A stretch of 64,000 bases of DNA from Oopsacas minuta (Eukaryota; Animalia; Porifera). This document shows positions 52,050-64,000 of the stretch, in pieces; the first letter of the stretch is position 1; every line of letters begins with the position of its first letter. Position numbers and translations under genes: made by a program. The notes below the pieces were generated by a model. That model saw nothing but the letters and a program-made list of their open reading frames with translations, made no database searches and was not told the DNA's origin. The stretch covers positions 124,001-188,000 of the forward strand of contig JAKMXF010000077.1 of the NCBI GenBank assembly GCA_024704765.1, written 5' to 3'.

Positions 52050-54189
52050 TATATGCTCTATACTACTATGGTAATTTATATTATATTCTCTTGAGGGCTT
52101 AGTACCTATATAAACGGCAGAGGTCCCAATCAATTGCAAAAATCAGCGATTCTCAAATATGCTATGGGAAACGCTGGATTTATTATGGGATCGTGTCGGT
52201 AAGATTTCTGAGGTTGTAAGAATGTGCAGAATTATGGCATTCAACAAGTACGTCAGCAGTCAAAGTTTGTATTTAGGCACCGTCAAGGGTACTTGAATGT
52301 TAAAATAATTTCTCATTCATATCTAGATATTCTGGATATCCATGATAATACCCAACAGGGAGAAAACATAATAGATATATTGGAAATAAGATAAAAGAAA
52401 TTAATTTTTATGGTTTAGTACTATATGAAATGCATCGTGGTAATCTACAAAATAGATTATAAAGTAAAAATATAGAAGTAATATATCAATGCACTGCTAG
52501 AACAAGATAACAGCGTAACTATTCTGAAATACTACAAGAATCATCATTCAAGTAAAATATTCGCTTTAGGCTTAGAATGTCCTAAAGAACGTACTTTAGA
52601 AATAATGTTTTACTAATATCAGATTCAGGAAACAAGGATTGTAATTTTAACAATAAAGAAGCCAAGTCCTTAACGCCAGCGATATTAATAGTAGACTTTT
52701 TGGTTTCCCTGATTCATTTCGACCCATCATCGATGAGTTTAGAGAAAATTGAAATAAAAAATACTTCGTCTCATTTGTATTGAAAGAGATTTCTATGATG
52801 AGACTTACCTTGAACCAGAGTTTCGTTAAGAGATTGGAGTTTTAAACTTTGAATCTTTATTCCAAACGTTATTAGATGAATACGAAGTTTATCATATACG
52901 TCACTTGTATATTCTTTTCTCTAAACAGTTCAAAACATTAGCAAAACTTAGCACTAGAATTTGCTCAATCCATTACTTGCTGATGAAATAGGATTATTTT
53001 TAACTATTATTTCGATTAAATCACTAAACACATCACGAATTAATAACTCATCTGACCTTGTATCAAGAATACTTTTGTAGTGGTAGGTAATCTTAAAATT
53101 TATTACAATGAATGGAGAGGCCTTTAGTTCAATGAAATCAATAGGTTCCAAAATTTACTGACACTGCATTAATAGTTGTTTCTTTAGACGAACAGGAAAC
53201 TTGGTTAGAGAATTGTAAAATAGATGACTGCTTTAATTGGATTGAAATTTCAGGATTATTTTTTGATTATTAGGACTAGTCCCAAAATGACTATCTTTAT
53301 TTCCTAACTAATTTTTTGGAGTAGAATGAATATGCAATCATCAGACAGATTATGAAATTTATCTCTGGGCGAATTTGAGTAGGTAAACCACTCGATAAGA
53401 TAACACAATCATTTTCTCGCTTAGATAAATCTGCTATGTCATTAGATGAGACGACACAATTATCTCTTGCTGAGATTGATATGGTATATCCTTTGAGAAA
53501 ACAACACAGTTATCTTCTTGCTGAGTTTGAACTGGAATATCAGATAAATTTGAAAATGACCCTCTTGCTGAGTTTCCACACAGATATCATCTTACAAAAG
53601 AAGCTCATCGGAGTGCAAAGAACTTGACGGAGTAAACTGGGCGATCTTTACATATAGTGATTCTAAGATACAAATAGTCGATTCATCAGAACTTTCACTG
53701 CTTAAAATAAGAGTAGAGGATTCGGAGGGTTTAAGGAACCAGTTATCAGCATTTTCAACAGATGAATAAATAATTATGCGTGAAGAATTCAAAAGAACAA
53801 TCGTTGAGTCATTTTCAGAGTTCTCAGATGGAAATAAACCATTGGTGTGTTTAATAACAATTCTTTCATCATCAGTTGACAAGGAATTTTGTTCATTCAA
53901 TGGGTCAATATCCAATAACAAAGTATGATGTTGAGTAAATCGGTAACACAGTCAATTGGAGGCGACGAGTCACATCTTTCACTACTAGTACCATCATCAT
54001 TGACTAGGACAGAAAGACTTGAAAAATTGTCATATGAATTTAAAACAGTTTCTGAATGTGAAGGTTGAGTTGAAATACTGTCGTGAGCATGAACATAACT
54101 CAAGTCAACGTTGTTATTATGTGAAATAGAGTGCACCACTTCTAATTCCATAAATGCTTCAAATATCGCAGAATCTCTTAGTTCAACTT

Positions 54190-55120
54190 GAAAATTTTTA
54201 TCGTGAGCACTTCTAGAGTCAGTCATTAACTGGGCCATTTTATCAACTAATCCAGGGTTATATTCACTAATAAGGGTTGCCGCTGCACGTCGTAAATCGG
54301 TAATATTCCTTTTGAAGAAGATATCAAGATCTATAAGACCTCTACAAAAACATTGGTGTCATGGCTGAACTATTTATTCTTCGTCCAAAATAACCCGAAA
54401 GATATATGAAGAATGATCTCAACCAAATCCTGTACAATGATAACATAGCAATCTCGAGAGCTCGAAAATATTTACTGATGAAAATATTGAAGCCAATTGT
54501 AAAAAGCCAGCTTCATGGTTAGCAACTAATATGTGAAAATATTTTTTATCATGTGAAACCGGTAAGCAGTCTTCGAATTCTTGAATAGTAATAGCGGAAA
54601 AGACACCAACTCTTTGAGCATTTGATATAATAATCTCACAGATTAAAAGTTACTCATTAGTCGGAATTTGTCACTTTGGAGAACAATATCTTCTTCAACA
54701 TCAAGGCATTGTTTAGAGATTCTATTTACTCTCCATTTTTGAAGTGTTTGTATAGTATGAGAATATCTCTTCCGGTTCGCAGCTATAATATTCTTTTGAT
54801 GATGTGTACTTGTCTTATGACGGATTTCTCCACACCTTACAGCATGGATATCAACCTAGAATGGTCATTTCTGCCAGGAAGTAAGTCAGAATCTTGGGTT
54901 TCAAGATATTCGAGAAATCTAAAGATAGATCGAATGCGTGAGTGAACCGTAGAAGGAGATTTACCAGATTACCTCCTAGTGTCAGAAACAAATTTGGGAG
55001 TGTGTTTTTCAGAAGGATCTTTCACCAATGCTGTTTATTGCCCTACAGATAATATTGATGTCCATTCTAATAGATTTGTCAGATTTACATCTTCCCCGAA
55101 TTGTTCCAGAAAATTTTAAA
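54190..55120 (-). pseudogene. Tyrosine recombinase (integrase-family) pseudogene
   Basis: Manual translation: KSPSTVHSRIRSIFRFLEYL (core-binding-like), IIISNAQRVG (box I Arg), ILVANHEAG (HK position), ITDLRRAAAT (box II Arg), MAQLMTDSRSAHDKNF (HS..Y positions). The Lys, His and Tyr positions are each one base change from canonical. Confidence 0.62.
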
Positions 55121-55949
55121 ATGTTTCAAAGAATTCACAAATTGTTGAGAAACAACGACTTCGAATGGCAAATGTTAAAAACATCTTCAAGGTCGGTTAG
55201 AATACATCAATTCATTACTACTCTCTTCAGTAGGTGGCTCAAAGGTAGACAAAGAATCTTGGAAATTTGGAGTGTATCAACAATGCCTGGAACGACTTCG
55301 CAATTTTAAAGTAAGACCACAATTCAAGAGTGGTTGGGCTTTAGAATAATCGAAAAGTGGATTATAGTTCACTTTTTCTTCAAACCTGAAATGATATTTT
55401 CTCACATAAATCTTATTATTGTCAATTAAAGAAATATAGTTTTCACATCCCTCGTTATACCACGAATATTTCCAGTTTGTAGGTAGATCAAAAACACAAG
55501 AGAGACATTCAGGACATCGTTTTCCTTCTCTAACATTATGTTGCCTTGATAAATTATCTTTTCTGGTACACGAGTAGCGAATAAAATTTCTTCAATACTA
55601 TCATCGTTTAATTCAACAACACGTTTATATGTTACAAGATGTCGCCGATATTTGGAATAATTTTTTAGATGATTGCAACCTGACGTCTCAAAAATAAATA
55701 AGCCATGATAAGAATATATTATGAAAAAATGTAAGGGAAATGTAATACACATAATCTTGAACATGTTTCCAAGTATTACCAGGTGGTAATTTGAAAGAAT
55801 TCCATTGAACCCGAAAAAAGACATTAGAAAGGCATTGAGAAGACCACAAAATGGAATAATAATACAAATTCAATATAATGGCTTCCCAAGGGAATGAGTA
55901 GTTATCGTTATACGGAGTGACCGATTGGTCGTACGCAGATTTGACTAAG

Positions 55950-58762
55950 CAGGGGCGTAGACAACATTTTAGTTTGGGGGGCTAACCCTCTGAGGTATCA
56001 CTATGGGATTTAACCAAAGTATAAATCAGTGGCATCAATTTGAATTAATATGAACCGATGCTATAATCATATTTTCGCAGCTTTGTTTTACCATGGTGAT
56101 GGTTTTACTTTCTAGGTTTCATTAAAATGAGAATACTTTTTAGTGCTATAATTAGATTTGAATAATTTTGAGGTTCATAAATTTCCGGCATACTATTTCT
56201 ACGAATCTATCGAATATTGTTATATATTTAACACATCTCTGGTTTTTATTACTGGGCTTCATTCCACTTTGTATTTATATGTGTTTGTGATTAAATATTT
56301 AAAATTGTTAGCATTCATAATACGTTTAGATATGGCCCTAGCTCGATGGCTCGTTCAAAAAGCTCAGTCAGGAACAGGAGAGACTGATAAAGATTCAAGT
56401 TTGCTTCCAGATAATGAACAAATGCAATTGTTGAGAACAGAAGGTGAATCCTCTAACGAAATTCAGTTAACACATCGAACCAGACAACCAGACATCCATA
56501 TACCCCAAAATGCCTCCCAACCAATCCTTTCATCCCCACTACGAACCTTTGCTAAACAACAGAGAGGATTTAACCTTTCATGGTATAAAACATTCCCCTG
56601 GTTGCATTATCAAGAAGGTAGCGATAGTGTATTTTGGGTTTACTGCTTGGTGGCAGATAAACATGGTTTAAAGTTATCAGGGTACATGGATGAAATGTTC
56701 ACAAGCACTGGATTCAGCAATTGAAAAAAAGCAATAGAAAATTCGAAAAACATCAAAGTTCAAATCTCATCGTGAAGTTATTGACCTTGTAATCACAATA
56801 CCAAGCACAACCAAAGATGTTGGTGAAATGTTGCACAAAAGTCATGCAGAGGAGAAGGATGAGAACAGACAAGTGCTGCACAAAATTTTCAGCAGCGTTC
56901 GTTACCTTAGTAGGCAAGGCATTGCTTTTCGTGGTTGATGGAAAACTGATGACCCTGAAATGTTGAATGGTAAGTCAGACTCGAACTTTATACTGCTACT
57001 TCGAATACGAGCTGAAGACAATCCGAATCTATTGAAGTGGCTTGACAAGTGTCAAGACAAATTTACTAGCCCAGGCATACAAAATGAAATCCTCAAGCTG
57101 ATGTCATTAAGGATATTGAGAGATATTGTACAACAGATTTCAGGTATGATGTATACCATAATGGTTGATGAAACAACCGATCTGTCAAACACTGAGCAAA
57201 TGGTATTGTGCCTGCGTCACGTTGATGATGACCTAAATGTTCATGAAGAGCTCATTGGTCTCTACAGTTTGGAATCAACTTCTGCTGACAATATAATGTT
57301 GACAATTCAGGACATACAGTTGCGCTTGAATTTATCTATCAACAATTGCCGTGGTCAATGCTACAATGGAGCCAGCAACATGTCTGGAATACGATCAGGA
57401 GTTACCACTAAAGTATCTTCTTTAGAACCTCGAGCACTCTATACTCATTGTTATGGGCATGCATTGAACCGTGTTATTCAGGATGGAATTACGTAAGGGC
57501 ACAAAAGTTATGGATGATACATTGAGTACAGTATATGAGATTACAAAACTAATTAAGAAATCGCCCAAAAGAGATGCAATCTTTAGCAAGCTAAAAGATG
57601 AAATTTCAGAGTGCTCTCCCGGGATTAGAATACTATGTCCAACACGATGGACAGTAAGGGCTGAAGCGTTTAGTTCCATCTCAGAGAATTATCACGTACT
57701 ACAATTGACTTGGAATGTAGCAAAAGATGCAACAAAAGATACTGAATTAAAAACTAGGATTGGAGGAGTTGCAGCACACATGGAAAAATTTGAATTCTTT
57801 TTTGGAGTTGAACTAGGACGAAAAATCTTAAACATGACCGATAATTTGTCTCGGTCATTGCAAACTAAAACGATATCAGCACATGAAGGACAAACCCTTG
57901 TGAAGATAACGCTTTCTACACTCCTGAAAATGAGAACTGAGATTAACTTCAATTTGTTTTGGATGTATGTAGAATGTAGAAGATCATCAATCGAGGTTTC
58001 TTCTCCGGCACTCCCCAGAAAAAGGAAAATTACCCGAAGATATGAAACAGATGGAAATACTACAGAGTACCCAACTAGTGTTGAAGAACGTTATAGAAAA
58101 ATTTATTTTCAAATAATTGATCTAACTATGGCAGCTATCAAGGACAGATTTGATCAGAAAGGATTCCAGATGCTCCAAAATTTAGAAACAGCCCTGACTA
58201 GTTCAGAAAACGCCAGTGATTCAGATTTGATTGGTTCTATAATCGCATTCTACGGAGATAACTTTACCCATGCAGACCGTCTTCATACGCAGTTGAAACT
58301 CTTGCATTGCAGTGGAGCAGCTTTGACGGATTTGCCATCAATAATAATTTATCTCAAATCTTTGAATAGTACAGAAAAATCTTTCTTCTCAGAGGTAATC
58401 AAAATAGTGAAATTAATTCTTGTGATGCCAGCAACTAATGCCACAAGTGAAAGAAGTTTCAGTGCACTCCGCAGACTTAAGAGCTGGCTGCGTACAACTA
58501 CATGCCAAGCGCGATTGAATTGGTGCTTGTTACTTCATGTGCACAAACAAAGAACGGACGGTTTACCATTAAAAGTATTAGTAAATGAATTTGTTACTTG
58601 TAATGAGAGTAGGATGCGTTTGTTTGGAAGATATCCGGAATAACTTCATGAATTATTAATAAAGCATAATCTCACATATGTTTTCAAGAATTTTCGGGAA
58701 TTGATGAGGCAAAATTTGGGGGGGCTTAAGCCCCCCCAAGCCCCCCCTTGTCTACGACTATG
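55950..58762 (+). mobile_element. hAT transposon (ZMYM1-like/TTF-zinc-finger type)
   Basis: TIR CAGGGGCGTAGACAA / CATAGTCGTAGACAA; subterminal GGGGGGCT(A)A motifs; flanks TGACTAAG / GACTACAT share GACTA but offset by one base, so the TSD is imperfect. Confidence 0.88.
56332..58643 (+). pseudogene. hAT transposase pseudogene
   Basis: TTF-type RGFNLSWYKTFPWLHY..VFW; YTIMVDETTDLSNTEQM, CRGQCYNGASNMSG, HCYGHALN, LCPTRW, dimerisation-domain PATNATSERSFSALRRLKSWLR. A few stops and frameshifts. Confidence 0.93.
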
Positions 58763-59463
58763 GACTACATATCCTGGAATTCTTGCTACTTACTGTTGAT
58801 ATGCTCACATTCCACCAAGAAACACAATTTATTGGGCTGCTAAACCAATAAGAAAAACAAAACGGGATATTGGTCTTTGGTTGAAGATTTCAACAGAAAG
58901 CGGGAGGTAAATTTAAAGATAAAGGGATTTTGTCATTTGAAGAATTTAAGTGAAATCAATGTTCAGATATCTAAATAAAAAATCGAACATGTTAGACCAG
59001 CGGTTCCAGGATCAAGTATCCATGAGGCAAGGTCTGAGTAGGGATTCCCAGTAACAATCCCGAAAACTTTAAAATAAATTAGGCTCTGGTGGTGCGAGGA
59101 ATTGGTAGGCCAAGGGCGAGCCGGCGGCATAATTTTAAATTCTGGGCAAATGCTCCATTTTACTCACCTGGGACGCTACAGACGCAAAAATTACAATATT
59201 CTAGTTCAATAGGATTTTAACTATCACTAGCGTGCTTTACTTGGTAGGGAGTTTGTACAAAGTACATTTTGAAAGAGAATTATATTGGGACAAGATTGGA
59301 GTCGTTTTTTTGAATATCATCTTATGAAAGGTTACATGTGTACTAGTAAAGTAAAGACAATTCCATGGGAAAGGTATCAGGGTCTATTTATTAGAAAGTA
59401 AGATCTTGGACGAGGTCAGTGTAAGTTTTACAAATGTTTGTTGTTTAAGAAGGTTTACAATAG

Positions 59464-59512
59464 GCTACTAAATATAAGACCTACAGTAAAGTACCAGGAT
59501 GCAGTACTAGCT
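59464..59512 (+). repeat. Fragment homologous to the left terminus of the P-like element
   Basis: TACTAAATATAAGACCTACAGTAAAGTACCAGGATGCAGTACTAGC aligns to 14904-14952. Confidence 0.7.
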
Positions 59513-59921
59513 ATAAACATTTGAAATACATGTATACTTTGTGCGAGAAGGTGCATCTTGCCTGAATAGATGTGTTGCATAATTGTAGATCATCAAATTT
59601 TACATCAATAATGCTAAAAAAATTTTGAACCTTGAAAATATGTGTCTAGTAAGCATTTCGTTAGCAAAATATGTCATTCTTTGACCCCTCGTAGAACGAT
59701 AAATATTACATTTACTGAATGAATCAAATGATCTAAAGGTACTTTAAGACAATATATCAAAATAAATTTTATGTTCGACAAAATGTATTACATTTATTCA
59801 GGCAAAAATAAATTCTTCTGCAAAAAAGAAACCATGTCTATCAATGCTTTCAGGTTATACTGCATCTTTGTGCCAAATTTCGAGTTACCGTTAGCCTAAT
59901 GTTTTAAGTATTTGCACTAGC

Positions 59922-60079
59922 CATAGACGTAGTCAGGGGGTTTGTGTGGATGATGGCAACCCCGGTGCTACTGTCAGCAACCTCAGTTGCAACACTGTAT
60001 TATTGGGGTTTAGCAGCCTCAGATAAATTGACAACAACCTAAGTGGAAAGCCCAAAGAGGAAATCCTAGTATGCCTCTG
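59922..60079. mobile_element. Short hAT MITE
   Basis: Termini CATAGACGTAG / CAGAGGCATAC; degenerate 8-bp TSD GCACTAGC / GAGCTAGC with CTAG core. Confidence 0.6.
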
Positions 60080-60899
60080 GAGCTAGCTGGGGATGCGGAT
60101 GCTCTAATATTTCATTGATTCCTCACACATATTTACATTTTGCATGCTCGAAAATCGGGATATCGTTCTATACCCTGAGGGCATGGTCAAGGCTGGATAT
60201 GAAGCAATGGGAGCCTGTTGTATGACAGATTTACTACAATGACAGTTTTACTACCTCTATTATTGGTACCATGGATCTCTATATCCATGACATAGTGCTA
60301 CCTTACATGACAGAATCATTACCCTTCGATCACGACATGAAATCGTATAACTCAACTCTTAGTTCTTATCACATTGATAATAATGCATTTTCATTAGTAT
60401 CTTTGTTTCTGCTCTCGAGTTATAGTAATAGCAATATGTCTACTCACTTCATTTAATTCGAAATTGTTACTTTCACTAAACATAAAATAAAATATGAATG
60501 TGATGATTTACAACAGATAAGTTAGACAATTAATTGAACATCCGGATACATTACTAAGTAACACAAATTATGAAATTATAGTAGGTCATTCACAACTCAA
60601 TGATCTTTGTATCACGAATACTGCACGGGAAATCAACGCTGTGAATTCCTAAAATTTGTTAAAATTTTGCTAACACCTCAAATATATGAAAATGACGTCA
60701 TCATTTAAAATGTAATTAAACGAATTTTATGGGTTGCTAATCATGATAATATAAAGTAATTAAACCACTATATTCATAGAGAGTAAGAACCAATGTTATA
60801 CATTTCTCAAATTAACAGCAGTATATTCGTAGTATTATTCAAACTAACGAATAATAGGCTAGTAGACCACTATTGATAATTTCCATAAGTATATTATTG

Positions 60900-62700
60900 A
60901 ATAAAGTATCTTGTTCGTTATTAGTAACTTATTTTGGATCACTATTACACAATATCGGACTAATACATCACGTATATTGTTACTAAAGGATGTCTTACGT
61001 GCTAAATTTTCACGAAAACGCCGTACATACTTGTTGCAGGATTCCAGGCACTCTTCTAAAAGATTTTTCAAACAGTAGCCTCCATTATGAAGATGAAATA
61101 TTTGGAAAGAATGTGAAGCAATTTATGCAGGCAGGTGCAATGGTTGCCCAAGGGAATTCTTCTAGAATGAATTGATACATTTCATTGCACAGTTCCTCGA
61201 ACCTAATACATTTGGTCTGTTCACCACTGTTGACCAGTCACAAAATTACTGATTGATTGGTTTGAATTAGTTCTAGAGCTGGTTTATGAACGGGATCAAT
61301 TGAAGATATTGCCAATTTCAGAAAATCTCTCTTATCCATAAAACAGTCAGGGGCACATTTCCAGTTGTCGAAATACCACCATGGCTTGAAGGAATGTCCA
61401 CACCAATACTGCACTTTTCTTCAATGATGGATCAAATGCGTTTCATCGAAGTTTGTACCTTGATGTTACTTGGCGACCATCCGTTGTAACACGAGTTTAG
61501 ATGATAAATGAGGTAATGAACCACTTGAAGACACAAAGATATGCGTGTAGTTATGAAGTCAATGTTGGAAGTGGGTGGGTGAGTTATACCAACACGTTGT
61601 TGAGAGGGTAATTTCAAAAATCTTCTTTATTCACTTCACTGAAAATTGCATGTACATCATGGACAAACCTGTTAATGGGGAATCCAGATTCAATGCATTC
61701 CAAACTATATCCAAGTATAAATTTGGGAGCCTGTTGCCGTAGAAAGATGACATGAAGCACCTCCAGCACCCCATCCAGGAGACCAACCATCTTGATATCA
61801 AAAAGAGAAGGGAAAATTTTACAAATCACTTGTCTTCTACCTAAAGTAATACCATTATTCATATTCTCAGTTTTTGGGTTAATCAAAGTATCCATAATGA
61901 GTTTTACATTACTATAATCTTCTTTAAGAGCTACTAAAGTTACTGGTCCGAAAGAAAAAGGCGAATTTGGGAACTGGTTGAAGAATACTTCAGTTTGATC
62001 AACATCTGTAATTCTAAGAACATTAAAAATCCAAACAGAATGAAGCTTTCAGTAGATAGATTCGGATTTTGATTGATTTGATGGTAGATGCGATGAGTAC
62101 CTGACCCACTAGCCCATCTGACAATTTTACAGTGAGAGGATGTTGTGAATCTAAAATTGAATCTACATTATTCAGGATACATTGAATAGCGAGAGAAAGA
62201 ATTGAATTATAAGATATTGATATTCCAACTGAGAAACCTTCAGTATTATTTAATATTCTCATTTCTTCAGCTAAAGATATTTCCCTGCAAAATAGCGCAA
62301 CAGTTTTGTAAGATGGTAATTTTACATCTTCACCCTTCAAGACTCTCTTGAGCTCAAAATATCTTGTTGTTCCAATTTCTAAGAGGTCAAATACGCTGAT
62401 TTTGGAATAGATATTTCAGTGACAGCTTTAGCAAATGAACCCGTTTCAATAATTTCTTTACATTCACTTGAAGTATTCCGATCATAAGTTTCATTGGAAA
62501 ATAAATCCAAAGCTAGAGCAATAATTTTTGGGTTCGACTTCCTCTCTCTCCGAAATATAGGTAATATGTTGAAGTAGTACTTTAGTCTAGCACTTGAAGT
62601 TGTTAATTTCAATTTAAAATGTGTTTCCTCGAATCCACAGTGGTGTATTCGGAAGCACAAGCATATGAGAAATAGAAACTGTAGAAAGAACCTCAGAACT
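60900..62700 (-). pseudogene. RAG1-core-like (Transib/Chapaev-clade) transposase pseudogene, copy B
   Basis: VKLSDGL[D]GSGTHRIYHQ (one base lost in the Asp codon), FPNSPF, SLFDIKMVGLLDG-AGGASCHLSTAT, GFPINR..RVGITHPP, GVDIPSSHGGISTTGNV, LHKLL[A]HS, LEECLESCNKYVRRFRENLARKTS. The last aligns to RAG1 [22 protein letters not shown]. Boundaries approximate. Confidence 0.85.
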
Positions 62701-64000
62701 ACTAGAATAATCTGAAATATTGTTTTTACAAGGATGCTTCTCCTGTAATGGAATAGGATGAAATACCATATTTTTCCAGGTATCTAGATCATTCCATGTT
62801 CGGGAGGATTCCCTAGATTTCTGTAGTCATTGAATTCGTTACGAAATATTTGGCTGTCCTGCTCCAAAAGATTCTGATTGTCGATTTGAAGACGATACAT
62901 TTAGAGATACCTCTATCGTTGGTCACAAAAGTATCATAGGCTCCCTTGTTGTTATATATTCACTCATTTGTGAAGTTGTAGAATATAATACAGATTCTAA
63001 TCATTATTATGCATGCAATATCAATAAACAATATTATAAACCAATATTCGTTCAAATGTAGAAGCAATTTGGCACAATGGCTAAGTTGTACAAAAGGGGT
63101 CAAAACATGTTTTGTAGGATTTCTTTGACTACAACTATTATTTGCCATGGAAATGTATTTGGGCGCCCTTCGGTCGGTCTAGAAATTAATGAAAAACAAC
63201 CTTATATTCATGAACAATACAAAGTGCCAAAAGTCAAAACTTACAATTGTTTGCAATATAAGACCGGAGACTATAAACTTTGGGTACTTTGGAGGAAATT
63301 ATCGAAAAGTAGGTCTACCAAGAAATTCATAAAGAATATAGCTGGTGTTCGATCGTATTTAAAAATAGATCCAATCAAATATGAATTGTATGTCAAACAG
63401 ATATACAATTTTATAGTTCACATTAAAGTGACTAGCATTCAAAGAAAACAACAATTTCGAGAAAAGATATTTGCGGTCTTTGAGGTATGAAATTATTAAA
63501 TTATGCTTTTGTTAGAGTCATTTCATAGGGATGTTATAATTCTACAAGGTATCTAAAAATATCATAATTCTAGGTTAGAAATAGCCTAGATGTAATACAA
63601 GCATAAAATCTGATAATTTCAATGTCATATTTTCACCTATCACCGCAAGGTTCCACATTGTGTAGATTACATAGATACTGCAACAAAGATGTTACTATGG
63701 GATAGCAAGATTTAGAATTAGAAAGTATCTAAAATGTTGTCATGATAAAGTTCGCGCTTTCCAGATTTATAGAAGTCAGTTTGGCACATGTTAGCCAATA
63801 TTCACCACCTCAAACTGTAATTTTTGTGACAATTGATTTTCGAAGGTCGTGTATTAGTACGCTATGTTGTATCATTTTGATTTTATTACAAAATTAAGAT
63901 TTTGTACATGAATTCATTGATATAAATCGCTAAACAGGAACAGGATTTCAATGAACCATCATTGCCTAGGTATATAAAATGCTATGGCAAAACTCACCCA

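Noticed and set aside
63077-63490. 137-aa plus-strand ORF as a RAG2-like partner
   Set aside because: No kelch or PHD features, and it lies upstream and divergent rather than convergent to the RAG1-like gene.
63815-63851. Minus-strand CACGACC-17 bp-ACAAAAATT as an RSS-like end
   Set aside because: The heptamer is poor, the spacer is neither 12 nor 23, and there is no matching opposite end or TSD.

Overview
AT-rich eukaryotic (animal-like) DNA that is essentially a graveyard of DNA transposons. I recognise no intact host gene, reverse transcriptase, rRNA, tRNA or CRISPR array. Eleven TA-flanked Tc1/mariner-superfamily transposase elements could be delimited by their TIRs: three DD34D mariner, one DD34E Tc1, three DD37D maT, three DD37E-type and one DD41D-like. 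Also present are a THAP/P-element split by a maT insertion, a Chapaev3-like transposase, a ZMYM1-like hAT and several MITEs or foldback elements. Three items stand out. (1) Two diverged, decayed RAG1-core-like (Transib/Chapaev-clade) transposase genes lie at about 2.7-5.7 kb and 60.9-62.7 kb. (2) A 3.8-kb palindrome consists of two identical 1.75-kb arms of a FLYWCH-MULE transposase joined tail-to-tail. It resembles maize Mu killer, but a foldback assembly artefact is not excluded. (3) A decayed tyrosine-recombinase gene sits inside a long multidomain reading region at about 52.5-55.8 kb. All family calls come from manual translation and motif recognition; no database search was run.
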